DNA of 64,000 nucleotides from Escherichia coli (GTDB lineage Bacteria; Pseudomonadota; Gammaproteobacteria; Enterobacterales; Enterobacteriaceae): NCBI RefSeq assembly GCF_003790525.1, contig NZ_CP033635.1; one strand, 5' to 3'. Shown piece by piece: positions 45,760 to 55,793 of this stretch (position 1 is its first letter; each line of letters starts with the position of its first letter). The notes under the pieces were generated by a model. It saw only the letters and a program-made list of their open reading frames with translations, ran no database searches and was not told where the DNA came from. The position numbers and the translations under genes were made by a program.

Positions 45760-46889
45760 ACTAAGTGCTCTTCCATCACGGCATCCTGTTTTCTGGATGC
45801 CATCGCATGGCGCAACAGCACGCCACCACAAGCCACCATCCCGCCGATCATCGCAGAAAGGATCACAATAATCGCCTTACCCGGACCGTCTTTTTTCACT
45901 GGCAATGACGGGCTTAACTGATATTTAAACGGCGTAAAATTCACATCGTTGATATTTGCTTTTGTTAGCTGCTCAACAAGATACTGACGATTACGTAATT
46001 CACCGTTCAATTCCGCAACGTCAGTAACCGCTTTTTCAATTTCCAGTTTGCGTTCAATACCGTCTGCGCCGAGAGAAATAGAGAAATCGGGGTCATCTTT
46101 AACGGCCTGACCATTACTGTAAACGGGCTTTTTAATTCCTGCCGCGTTGGCAATGTCGAGTGAATAATTGAGGCGCTGAATGTTTGCATCAAGTTGATTT
46201 TTCGTTTTAATGCGATCCTGAGCCAGTTTTTCTTTTTCAAACTGGGTTTTGATCTCCAGTTTATTACGGACGTTTTCTATCGACTCTTTCACCACCAACG
46301 CAGATATATAATCGATATACCCGCTCAAAACGGTCTGCGCCTCTTCACTGGTTGGCGCGGTAAAACTTTGCGTCCAGGAGGTATACAGTGACGGTTCATC
46401 TTTTTTCTTACTGGCATTGTCATCAACCGCTTTCATTTTTTCGCTCAATGCGACGATAGCTCGATGCAAATCCAGTTCGTCGATTTTCGCCTCTTTTAAT
46501 TGGTCCATCACATAAGGTGATGAACGCAGGTACTCTTCCAGCAAGCTAACCGACTGAAACTTCTTGATAAACAGGTTAAATGCTTCTGTACGATCAATTT
46601 TGATATCCAGATCCAGCACACGAAGCTTAGTGAATGTTTTCTCCAGTTCTTGCCACTGAACAGGTTCTGGAGGCGTGACAACCGCCGCGCTGGTCCATTT
46701 TTGCGGCAGGATGAAAGAGATCAGCAATCCTGCGCAGGCAAACGCAAAAATGACCGCCATGACCGTTTTTTTTGCCCGCCATAAAACTTCGATTAGATTA
46801 AGTAAATCAATTTCATTATTACTGGGCGACGCCAGAGGATACTCGGGAAAATGAGCGTCACTTCCCTGTTTAATATTCAGTGATGACAT
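45756..46889 (-). CDS. fepE: Polysaccharide co-polymerase family protein FepE (very-long O-antigen chain length regulator)
   Basis: 377 aa from MSSLNIKQGS; convergent with fepC, ends overlapping by 4 nt. Confidence 0.9.
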   Translation of the reverse strand: MSSLNIKQGSDAHFPEYPLASPSNNEIDLLNLIEVLWRAKKTVMAVIFAFACAGLLISFILPQKWTSAAVVTPPEPVQWQELEKTFTKLRVLDLDIKIDRTEAFNLFIKKFQSVSLLEEYLRSSPYVMDQLKEAKIDELDLHRAIVALSEKMKAVDDNASKKKDEPSLYTSWTQSFTAPTSEEAQTVLSGYIDYISALVVKESIENVRNKLEIKTQFEKEKLAQDRIKTKNQLDANIQRLNYSLDIANAAGIKKPVYSNGQAVKDDPDFSISLGADGIERKLEIEKAVTDVAELNGELRNRQYLVEQLTKANINDVNFTPFKYQLSPSLPVKKDGPGKAIIVILSAMIGGMVACGGVLLRHAMASRKQDAVMEEHLV

Positions 46890-47103
46890 GGGGTATAACC
46901 TGAAATGGGTCCAATAAGAGTAAATCTCCACGGCGCTCACTTTACCAGTTGGTGAGAATTATCCGAAGCTGAAGTTTGTAAATTCCTTCCACTGAATGCA
47001 ACATTCACTCTATTTAAGAGAAATATCCACCAAACTTATAAATTAAATAAATGATAAACCCATAATTATTTCCTGTAATTATGGGTTTATAGATAATATT
47101 AAT

Positions 47104-50100
47104 TTACCTGTTTAGCGTAGCGCGAATAATCGGCCCAATTTTTTCAAACGCCCCTGGAGAGATAATATCCACATGCGCACAATCCTGACGATAGATATCC
47201 AGCTCCGTAATCCACGGCGACCAGGCGCGTTCGGGATTCATACCTTCCTGAAGCGTGCGTTCAGCAACAAACAGCGTCGCTTTACCTTCAAACGGTACGC
47301 TATGAGCAGTCGTCAGCAGGCGCACAGCATCAGCGTAGTTGCCTTCAATGGTGGTAAACAACTCCGTTGAAGTACTTCCCTGCTGTGCCGCCAGGAAGGC
47401 CTCGCGCTCGCGGTTAATCTCCGCCAGCACTTCCGGGTCCAGGCCATTAGCCTCTTTTTCCTGCCAGTTTTGCGTTTCTGGCGGCCAGGTATCCAGCAAG
47501 CCAAGAAATGCCACCTGTTCGCCACGGGCACGCAGCCGCGCCGCAATACCCTGCGCCAGCGTACCGCCCAGCGAATAACCCAGCAGGTAATAAGGGCCGT
47601 GCGGTTGATGCTCAAGTAACGTTGCCAGATGCGCTTCGCAGACTTCATCCAGATTTGCCGCGGTCTGCATGGGGCCATTGGGGCGCGGCGACTGAATGCC
47701 GATAATCGACCATTGTGGATCGAGATAACGCGAGAGCACGCTGAACTGCCAGGCAAAACCGGAGGCCGGATGGAAACAAAACAGCGTCGGGCCATTACCT
47801 TCACGCAACGGCAGAATGGTTTCGAATCCCATGCGCCGGGAGCTGTCTTCTTCACCATCAATAATCGTTGCCAGTTTGGCGACAGTTGACGCGACCATCA
47901 CTTGCCCCGGCGTCACCTGTCGGGCAAACTGCCGACTTAACTGCGCAGCCAGTTTCATTGCCAGTAGCGAATGACCGCCAAGCGCAAAGAAATCAGCATC
48001 GGCATCCTGCACGTCACAACCCAGCAACGACGAGAATGCCGCGGCGATAATCGTTTCACTGCCCGCTTTCGGCGCACGCCCAGGCGCTTGTGCCTTCAGT
48101 TCAGGCAACGGTAAGGCTTTGCGATCCAGCTTGCCGTTGGCGCTAAGTGGTAACTGTGGAAGTTGCAGCAGAACCACCGGTACCATATGTGGTGGCAATG
48201 TTTCACGAAGCTGCGCCTGTAATGCGCTGGTATCCAACGGCAGACCTGATTGCGACACCAGATAGCCCACCAACTGACGCGCATCACCACCAGTGGCTGC
48301 CGCCTGGTTAATCACACAGGCGTGGGTAACGGCTTGTTCGACATCCGGCAGCGCCTGCATCACGCGATCAATTTCGCCCAGTTCGATACGCTGCCCGCGA
48401 ATTTTTAGCTGATCGTCACTGCGCCCGAGGTACTCCACTGCGCCGTTATCCAGCCAGCGGGCCACATCGCCGGTACGGTACATCCGTTCACCTGGGGCAA
48501 AAGGATCGGCAATAAAGCGGCTGGCGGTCAGATCGGGTCGTCCAAGATACCCCTGCGCCAGTTGAATACCGGTGAGATAGAGATCTCCCGCCACACCCGG
48601 CGGCACCGGATGCATCATCGCATCGAGAATGCGCAGGCCCGTATTCCACACCGGATAACCAATCGGCACACTGCTGCCGCGCACCTCTGCCAGTTCCTCG
48701 CCAAAAGCCGGATACCAACTGACATCTACCGCCGCTTCCGTCGGGCCATATAGATTATGCAACGGCGCGCCGGTTAACTGTTGCCATTCGCGGCATAAAT
48801 CAGCCGGTAAGGCTTCACCACTACAGAAAACCTGTTTCAACGTCGCGCAACTCTGGCGAGCGGTTTGCGGCGTCAGCGATGCAACAAATGCCGCCAGCAT
48901 CGACGGCACAAAGTGCGTGGTCGTTACGCCATAATCAGCAAAAAAATGCTGCATAGCGAGCGGGTCGCGGTGCGCTTCCGGTTCAGCCATCACAAGTTTC
49001 GCCCCGGCAATAAACGGCCAGAAAAACTCCCACACCGAGACATCAAAACTGCATGGCGTTTTTTGGGCAACGACATCTTCGCCTGTAAGCGGGTAATGGT
49101 TTTGCATCCAAAGCAGGCGATTAACGATAGCCGTCTGCCCGACCATTACCCCTTTTGGTCTGCCGGTGGAACCGGAGGTGAAGATGATATAAGCCGTGTG
49201 GTGCGGTTGTGAAAGCTGCAGCGGCGCACTGCCCTGTGGTGTAAGCGGGGCGTTATAGCAAAGGCGGGTTAAATCTGGAACATCGGCAAAGCGCGGCAGT
49301 TGATCGTCGGTGGTGATTAACAGCGACGGACGCGCATCTTCCAGCATCATTTTCAGGCGATCGTCCGGATAGCCGGTATCCAACGGTAGCCAGGCCGCAC
49401 CAGCTTCAACAATCGCATGTAGCGCCAGGGTCAAAAAGACCGAGCGCGGTAATGCCACCGCCACGCTGTCGCCTGGTTTAACGCCGCGCTCACGCAGCAG
49501 ATTCGCCAGCGCCACCACCTGTTCGCGCATTTCCCGATAGCTGAACTGGTAACGCGCATCAACCAGCGCCGGAGCATCCGGTGTTTTTGCCGCTTGTTCT
49601 GCCACCAGCGCGCTCAGCGTGGTTTCTGGAATCTCAACCTGAGTGGCGTTGATCTGCGCCAGCTGCGCATACTCGCCTGGCAGCATAATATCGACATCGC
49701 CGCACAACAGCGACGGATCCGCGGCGAACTGCGCAATCAGCATTTTCAGGCGTTCAGCATGCTGGATTAACGTTGGCTCAGCGTAACGCTGTTTATTGGC
49801 GATGATCTCAATACTCAAATCACCGTGTTCATCCGGGAACAGGGCCAGCTCAAGGTCATTAACCGGACCGGTTGCCAGGGTATGGGTTTGCGCCTGAACA
49901 CCAGGAATATCCAGTTGGTAATCAAATACCTTGATATTGAGTACCGGACCGAACAGCGGTTCCTCTCCTGCCGCTCGCCCACTGTCACGGACAATTTGTT
50001 CGGCGTCGTAGCGTTGATGGCGGCGCATTTTTTTCAGTTGAGCCGCCAGTCGGGTTGCCAGTTGCGGCAGCGTTTCTTGCGCCGCAATGTGAATACCCAA

Positions 50101-50985
50101 CGGCAAAACGTTGAGCACGGGTCCGGTAGCCGTCAGCGCCGCCGAGCCCAGTCGACGCATAAAGATAAATCCGGCAGCGTAGTCCATGCGGTTGCACAAT
50201 CGCCCCAGCCACAAAGCTGCCAACGCAAGGGCTAAATCGGTACGCTGCACACCTGAAAGTTGCGTAGCCAGCTGGCGGAATTCCCCGTCGGTAAATTCCA
50301 GTTTCAGGCGCAAAATATCTGCCGAAGCGCTGCGCCACGGTAAAGGTGCCGGAGAAAGTGACGCGGGCGGTGGCAGTTGACGACGCTGTTCCGCCCAGAA
50401 TGCCGCATCACGCTGCCAGGCTTCACTTTCGCGGTACTGCTGATACTCTTCCACTACATCAGCGAAAGGCGTAAACGGCGAAGCAGGCGTTGGTTCGCCA
50501 CGCAGCCATGCGCAGTAAATATTGGCGATCTGGCGTGTAATGGCCGGGAAACTGAAGCCATCGACCAGCAAATGGTGATAACGCTGATACCAGTACCAGC
50601 GGTTATCCGCCACCTGTATCAGCTGATGAAAGACCAGTGGTTTACCACTATCGACGCGCAGATCTTGTTGCAAATCCGCCTGCATTAATGCCCGCGCAGT
50701 ACCGTGCGGATCAATGTTGGTTCGCAGGTCGATAATTTCTGGCAGTTCGAACGTCTGCGCATCATCGACCCACTGCCAGACTTCGCCGTTATCTTCCGTA
50801 AAACGCATCCGCAACGTATCTGCTTGCGCTAGTCCGGCAACCACCGCGCGGGCCAGTAGTGGCGCATCAACCTCTCCGGTTAACTCAACGTAATGCGCCA
50901 CGCTCCAGGCGGAGGGTAAATCCGACAGTTTTTCTGCCATCCAGATGCCGGGCTGTGCGGCGACCAAAGGTAAATGCTGGCTCAT
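47104..50985 (-). CDS. entF: Enterobactin NRPS component F (C-A-PCP-TE, serine-activating)
   Basis: 1293 aa from MSQHLPLVAAQPGIW; HHxxxDG condensation motif, adenylation motifs, GGHSL carrier serine, GYSLGG thioesterase motif. Confidence 0.95.
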   Translation of the reverse strand: MSQHLPLVAAQPGIWMAEKLSDLPSAWSVAHYVELTGEVDAPLLARAVVAGLAQADTLRMRFTEDNGEVWQWVDDAQTFELPEIIDLRTNIDPHGTARALMQADLQQDLRVDSGKPLVFHQLIQVADNRWYWYQRYHHLLVDGFSFPAITRQIANIYCAWLRGEPTPASPFTPFADVVEEYQQYRESEAWQRDAAFWAEQRRQLPPPASLSPAPLPWRSASADILRLKLEFTDGEFRQLATQLSGVQRTDLALALAALWLGRLCNRMDYAAGFIFMRRLGSAALTATGPVLNVLPLGIHIAAQETLPQLATRLAAQLKKMRRHQRYDAEQIVRDSGRAAGEEPLFGPVLNIKVFDYQLDIPGVQAQTHTLATGPVNDLELALFPDEHGDLSIEIIANKQRYAEPTLIQHAERLKMLIAQFAADPSLLCGDVDIMLPGEYAQLAQINATQVEIPETTLSALVAEQAAKTPDAPALVDARYQFSYREMREQVVALANLLRERGVKPGDSVAVALPRSVFLTLALHAIVEAGAAWLPLDTGYPDDRLKMMLEDARPSLLITTDDQLPRFADVPDLTRLCYNAPLTPQGSAPLQLSQPHHTAYIIFTSGSTGRPKGVMVGQTAIVNRLLWMQNHYPLTGEDVVAQKTPCSFDVSVWEFFWPFIAGAKLVMAEPEAHRDPLAMQHFFADYGVTTTHFVPSMLAAFVASLTPQTARQSCATLKQVFCSGEALPADLCREWQQLTGAPLHNLYGPTEAAVDVSWYPAFGEELAEVRGSSVPIGYPVWNTGLRILDAMMHPVPPGVAGDLYLTGIQLAQGYLGRPDLTASRFIADPFAPGERMYRTGDVARWLDNGAVEYLGRSDDQLKIRGQRIELGEIDRVMQALPDVEQAVTHACVINQAAATGGDARQLVGYLVSQSGLPLDTSALQAQLRETLPPHMVPVVLLQLPQLPLSANGKLDRKALPLPELKAQAPGRAPKAGSETIIAAAFSSLLGCDVQDADADFFALGGHSLLAMKLAAQLSRQFARQVTPGQVMVASTVAKLATIIDGEEDSSRRMGFETILPLREGNGPTLFCFHPASGFAWQFSVLSRYLDPQWSIIGIQSPRPNGPMQTAANLDEVCEAHLATLLEHQPHGPYYLLGYSLGGTLAQGIAARLRARGEQVAFLGLLDTWPPETQNWQEKEANGLDPEVLAEINREREAFLAAQQGSTSTELFTTIEGNYADAVRLLTTAHSVPFEGKATLFVAERTLQEGMNPERAWSPWITELDIYRQDCAHVDIISPGAFEKIGPIIRATLNR

Positions 50986-51200
50986 TGTGCCTCCTGCAAC
51001 TGGGTGAAATTCGCCGGTGTCAGAGTACGCCAGTGGGCTTCCAGCCACTGCTGGCAGGACGCCTGTGACTGCGGCTGACACACAACGTCCCAGCCTGCCG
51101 GTAAGGCGCATTGTTGCGGCCACAGACTGAATTGCCCCTGCGCATTGCGCAAAATGTAAAACGCTCCCTGTGGATCATCGAAGGGATTACTGAATGCCAT
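50982..51200 (-). CDS. ybdZ: MbtH-like protein YbdZ
   Basis: 72 aa from MAFSNPFDDPQGAFYIL; overlaps the entF start. Confidence 0.9.
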   Translation of the reverse strand: MAFSNPFDDPQGAFYILRNAQGQFSLWPQQCALPAGWDVVCQPQSQASCQQWLEAHWRTLTPANFTQLQEAQ

Positions 51201-51202
51201 AT

Positions 51203-52405
51203 TCAACTCCTGTCATGGAAAAGTGGTTGCCAGAGGTCGATTAGCCCCTGCATCAAGCCACCGCGCCAACAAAGCGCATCATGTCCGCCGTCAACCTGAC
51301 GCCAGAAAATGGATTCTTTTAGGGGGTGTAATTGCGCATACAGCGCCTGATTGGCCTGCATGATCATCGGCTCGCGAACACCCGCTTCCAGCACAATGCG
51401 CAGACCTTCGGCGCTAACTTCACCAGTATTTAGCTGTTCAAGTAACATGCCCTCTTGGTGCCCGCCCCGATGCGGCCACCAGTACGAGCCTGACTGGCTT
51501 AATACACAGCCAAAGCGTTCAGGCCAGTGCAGTCCGGCATACAGCGCGGAAAGCCCACCAAAACTCTGTCCGGCGACCACGGTGCGATCGGCGCGATCGC
51601 TAAAAGGGGCAATAGCTTTCACCTGGGGTAATAACTCTTGCTGTACTGCCAGCCAGAAATCCGCATTACACGGCAGTTCGTGGGCGCGGTGCGTGGTGTC
51701 GATAGCGTCGATCAACACATACACGGCGGGCGGAAGTTGCCGACGATGGGTCAGCGAAGTCAGCGCAGGCCAGACGGGCATACTCTGCGCCCAAAATTCG
51801 CCATCAAGCAAAACTGCCAGCGGGCGTTCTTCTGCTGTTGCATCGCCGGTGGTAAAAATCCATACACGGCGTGAATTTTTCAACCGTTCACTTTTCCAGA
51901 TAATTTCTTTGGCAGGCGTTTCTGGCGCTTGCGGACAATCCCATCCCGGTTGCAGAGGCGCTTGCGGCATTTCGAGTGCAGAAACAGCGTGCCCTCGCCC
52001 GCCTTTCCAGCTTTGTGGATTCAGCGGATCGGCTATCGCCTGGGGTAATAGTTTTCGCCAGCCTTCGCGTAATTCGAGGCGATCGGGGGATGGTGCAGAA
52101 AAAATGTCATCGCGTTCGGTAGGAATAAAGCAGTAGCTGCCGCGCCAGTTGGCATTGAGTTGTGTCGTCCACTGCCAAACATCGGTTCCTGCAATTCGCT
52201 GCATCGACCGGGGCTGGCTGTTCTGATGGTGATCGGTCATGCCAGTGATATAGACCCATACGCGCTTTATCGTCGAGTGGCCTTCAGAACCTTGTGGATC
52301 ACGCCACCAGAAAGTGACCTCAAACATTTCGTCATTCAGACGTTGCCATTCCGGGCCATGTTTCGACTGCCACCAGCTCTCACTTCCTACTTTTAACGCC
52401 GTCAC
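51203..52405 (-). CDS. fes: Enterochelin esterase
   Basis: 400 aa; GxSxG serine hydrolase motif (GQSFGG). Confidence 0.9.
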   Translation of the reverse strand: MTALKVGSESWWQSKHGPEWQRLNDEMFEVTFWWRDPQGSEGHSTIKRVWVYITGMTDHHQNSQPRSMQRIAGTDVWQWTTQLNANWRGSYCFIPTERDDIFSAPSPDRLELREGWRKLLPQAIADPLNPQSWKGGRGHAVSALEMPQAPLQPGWDCPQAPETPAKEIIWKSERLKNSRRVWIFTTGDATAEERPLAVLLDGEFWAQSMPVWPALTSLTHRRQLPPAVYVLIDAIDTTHRAHELPCNADFWLAVQQELLPQVKAIAPFSDRADRTVVAGQSFGGLSALYAGLHWPERFGCVLSQSGSYWWPHRGGHQEGMLLEQLNTGEVSAEGLRIVLEAGVREPMIMQANQALYAQLHPLKESIFWRQVDGGHDALCWRGGLMQGLIDLWQPLFHDRS

Positions 52406-52457
52406 ACCATAACCCCATGTTTACTGTGCAATTTTTTATTGATTGCAGAAATATATT

Positions 52458-52476
52458 GATAATATTATTGATAACT
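52458..52476. promoter_or_regulatory. Fur box in the fes-fepA bidirectional promoter
   Basis: gataatattattgataact matches the Fur consensus. Confidence 0.6.
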
Positions 52477-52647
52477 ATTTGCATTTGCAATAGCGTAATG
52501 GCGCGCCGTGGGAAGCGCGGACATTAATTAATCAGCTGCACTGCGTGTCTTTCAGGATCAAAGGTTTTCGCGGTAGCGGGATGCGTCGTGTTGATGACGA
52601 CCATGCCCGACAGTTGCAATTCGTGGCAAAAATGCAGGAATAAAACA

Positions 52648-54888
52648 ATGAACAAGAAGATTCATTCCCTGGCCTTGTTGGTCAATCTGGGGATTTATGG
52701 GGTAGCACAGGCACAAGAGCCGACCGATACTCCTGTTTCACATGACGATACTATTGTTGTTACCGCCGCCGAGCAGAACTTGCAGGCGCCCGGCGTTTCG
52801 ACCATCACCGCAGATGAAATCCGCAAAAACCCGGTTGCCCGCGATGTATCGGAGATTATCCGTACCATGCCTGGCGTTAACCTGACCGGTAATTCCACCA
52901 GTGGTCAGCGTGGTAATAACCGCCAGATTGATATTCGCGGCATGGGTCCGGAAAACACGCTGATTTTGATTGACGGCAAGCCAGTAAGCAGCCGTAACTC
53001 AGTGCGTCAGGGCTGGCGTGGCGAGCGCGATACCCGTGGTGATACCTCCTGGGTGCCGCCTGAAATGATTGAACGTATTGAAGTTCTGCGTGGTCCGGCA
53101 GCTGCGCGTTATGGCAACGGCGCGGCGGGCGGCGTGGTTAACATCATTACCAAAAAAGGCAGCGGTGAGTGGCACGGCTCCTGGGATGCTTATTTCAATG
53201 CGCCAGAACATAAAGAGGAAGGTGCCACCAAACGCACCAACTTCAGCCTGACCGGTCCGCTGGGCGACGAATTCAGCTTCCGCTTGTATGGCAACCTCGA
53301 CAAAACCCAGGCTGACGCGTGGGATATCAACCAGGGCCATCAGTCCGCGCGTGCCGGAACGTATGCCACGACGTTACCAGCCGGGCGCGAAGGGGTGATC
53401 AACAAAGATATTAATGGCGTGGTGCGCTGGGACTTCGCGCCTCTGCAGTCACTCGAACTGGAAGCGGGCTACAGCCGCCAGGGTAACCTGTATGCGGGTG
53501 ATACGCAGAACACCAACTCTGACGCTTACACTCGCTCGAAATATGGCGATGAAACCAACCGCCTGTATCGCCAGAACTACTCGCTGACCTGGAACGGTGG
53601 CTGGGATAACGGCGTGACCACCAGCAACTGGGTGCAGTACGAACACACCCGTAACTCGCGTATTCCGGAAGGTCTGGCGGGCGGTACTGAAGGGAAATTT
53701 AACGAAAAAGCGGCACAGGATTTTGTAGATATCGATCTTGATGACGTGATGCTGCACAGCGAAGTTAACCTGCCGATTGATTTCCTCGTAAACCAAACGC
53801 TGACGCTGGGTACAGAGTGGAATCAGCAGCGGATGAAGGATTTAAGTTCCAACACCCAGGCGCTCACCGGGACGAATACCGGCGGCGCTATTGATGGTGT
53901 GAGTGCCACCGACCGTAGCCCGTATTCAAAAGCAGAAATTTTCTCGCTATTTGCCGAAAACAATATGGAGCTGACTGACAGCACCATCGTAACGCCGGGG
54001 CTGCGTTTCGATCATCACAGCATTGTTGGCAATAACTGGAGTCCGGCTCTAAACATATCGCAAGGTTTAGGTGATGACTTCACGCTGAAAATGGGCATTG
54101 CCCGCGCCTATAAAGCGCCGAGCCTGTACCAGACTAACCCGAACTACATTCTCTACAGTAAAGGTCAGGGCTGTTACGCCAGCGCGGGCGGCTGCTATCT
54201 GCAGGGGAACGATGACCTGAAAGCGGAAACCAGTATCAACAAAGAGATTGGTCTGGAGTTCAAACGCGACGGCTGGCTGGCGGGCGTGACCTGGTTCCGT
54301 AACGATTATCGCAATAAGATTGAAGCGGGCTATGTGGCTGTAGGGCAAAATGCGGCTGGCACCGATCTCTATCAGTGGGATAACGTGCCGAAAGCGGTGG
54401 TTGAAGGTCTGGAAGGATCGTTAAACGTACCGGTTAGCGAAACGGTGATGTGGACCAATAACATCACTTATATGCTGAAGAGTGAAAACAAAACCACGGG
54501 CGACCGTTTGTCGATCATCCCGGAGTATACGTTGAACTCAACGCTGAGCTGGCAGGCACGGGAAGATTTGTCGATGCAAACAACCTTCACCTGGTACGGC
54601 AAGCAGCAGCCGAAGAAGTACAACTATAAAGGTCAGCCAGCGGTTGGACCGGAAACCAAAGAAATCAGCCCGTACAGCATTGTTGGCCTGAGCGCGACCT
54701 GGGATGTGACGAAGAATGTCAGTCTGACCGGCGGCGTGGACAACCTGTTCGACAAACGTTTGTGGCGTGCGGGTAATGCCCAGACCACGGGCGATCTGGC
54801 AGGGGCCAACTATATCGCCGGTGCCGGTGCGTATACCTATAACGAGCCGGGACGTACGTGGTATATGAGCGTAAACACTCACTTCTGA
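52648..54888 (+). CDS. fepA: TonB-dependent ferric enterobactin outer-membrane receptor
   Basis: 746 aa from MNKKIHSLAL; TonB box DDTIVVTA; C-terminal Phe. Confidence 0.95.
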   Translation: MNKKIHSLALLVNLGIYGVAQAQEPTDTPVSHDDTIVVTAAEQNLQAPGVSTITADEIRKNPVARDVSEIIRTMPGVNLTGNSTSGQRGNNRQIDIRGMGPENTLILIDGKPVSSRNSVRQGWRGERDTRGDTSWVPPEMIERIEVLRGPAAARYGNGAAGGVVNIITKKGSGEWHGSWDAYFNAPEHKEEGATKRTNFSLTGPLGDEFSFRLYGNLDKTQADAWDINQGHQSARAGTYATTLPAGREGVINKDINGVVRWDFAPLQSLELEAGYSRQGNLYAGDTQNTNSDAYTRSKYGDETNRLYRQNYSLTWNGGWDNGVTTSNWVQYEHTRNSRIPEGLAGGTEGKFNEKAAQDFVDIDLDDVMLHSEVNLPIDFLVNQTLTLGTEWNQQRMKDLSSNTQALTGTNTGGAIDGVSATDRSPYSKAEIFSLFAENNMELTDSTIVTPGLRFDHHSIVGNNWSPALNISQGLGDDFTLKMGIARAYKAPSLYQTNPNYILYSKGQGCYASAGGCYLQGNDDLKAETSINKEIGLEFKRDGWLAGVTWFRNDYRNKIEAGYVAVGQNAAGTDLYQWDNVPKAVVEGLEGSLNVPVSETVMWTNNITYMLKSENKTTGDRLSIIPEYTLNSTLSWQAREDLSMQTTFTWYGKQQPKKYNYKGQPAVGPETKEISPYSIVGLSATWDVTKNVSLTGGVDNLFDKRLWRAGNAQTTGDLAGANYIAGAGAYTYNEPGRTWYMSVNTHF

Positions 54889-54927
54889 TGCTAACGTCAG
54901 ATTGTTGACAAAGTGCGCGTCGTTCAT

Positions 54928-55027
54928 GCCGGATGCGGCGTGAACGCCTTATCCGGCCTACAAAAATCTTGCCAATTCAATATATTGCAGGATAGTGTAG
55001 GCCTGATAAGCGTAGCGCATCAGGCAG
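54928..55027. repeat. BIME: two inverted REP elements between fepA and entD
   Basis: gccggatgcggcgtgaacgccttatccggcctac and, inverted, gtaggcctgataagcgtagcgcatcaggca. Confidence 0.7.
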
Positions 55028-55062
55028 TTTTGCGTTTGTCATCAGTCTCTAATATGGTCGAC

Positions 55063-55683
55063 ATGAAAACTACGCATACCGCCCTCCCCTTTGCCGGAAA
55101 TACGCTGCATTTTGTTAAGTTCGATCCGGCGAGTTTTTGTGAGCAGGATTTACTCTGGCTGCCACACTACGCGCAACTGCAACACGCTGGACGTAAACGT
55201 AAAACAGAGCATTTAGCCGGACGGATCGCTGCAGTTTATGCGCTGCGGGAATATGGCTATAAATGTGTGCCCGCAATCGGCGAGCTACGCCAACCTGTGT
55301 GGCCTGCGGGGGTATACGGCAGCATTAGTCACTGTGGGACTACGGCATTAGCCGTGGTATCTCGTCAACCGATTGGCATTGATATTGAAGAGATTTTTTC
55401 TGCGCAAACAGCGGCAGAATTGACAGACAACATTATTACGCCAGCGGAACACAAGCGACTCGCAGACTGCGGTTTAGCCTTTTCTCTGGCGCTGACACTG
55501 GCATTTTCCGCCAAAGAGAGCGCATTTAAGGCATGTGAGAGACAAACTGATGCAGGATTTCTGGACTATCAGATAATTAACTGGAATAAACAGCAGGTCA
55601 TCATTCATCGTGAGAATAAGATGTTTGCTGTGCACTGGCAGATAAAAGAAAAGATAGTCATAACGCTGTGCCAACACAATTAA
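55063..55683 (+). CDS. entD: Phosphopantetheinyl transferase EntD
   Basis: 206 aa from MKTTHTALPF (or 209 aa from the ATG at 55054). Confidence 0.9.
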   Translation: MKTTHTALPFAGNTLHFVKFDPASFCEQDLLWLPHYAQLQHAGRKRKTEHLAGRIAAVYALREYGYKCVPAIGELRQPVWPAGVYGSISHCGTTALAVVSRQPIGIDIEEIFSAQTAAELTDNIITPAEHKRLADCGLAFSLALTLAFSAKESAFKACERQTDAGFLDYQIINWNKQQVIIHRENKMFAVHWQIKEKIVITLCQHN

Positions 55684-55793
55684 TTGACAATATCTGGTAC
55701 GATTCGCCCGCAGCCATCACTGACCACGGGCGAAAGTGTAAAGCAGGTGCCTTACCATCCTGACCTGACAACCGGATATGCGGGGATTGCTCC

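Noticed and set aside
51351-52136. 261-aa plus-strand ORF antisense to fes
   Set aside because: Shadow ORF within the fes coding region
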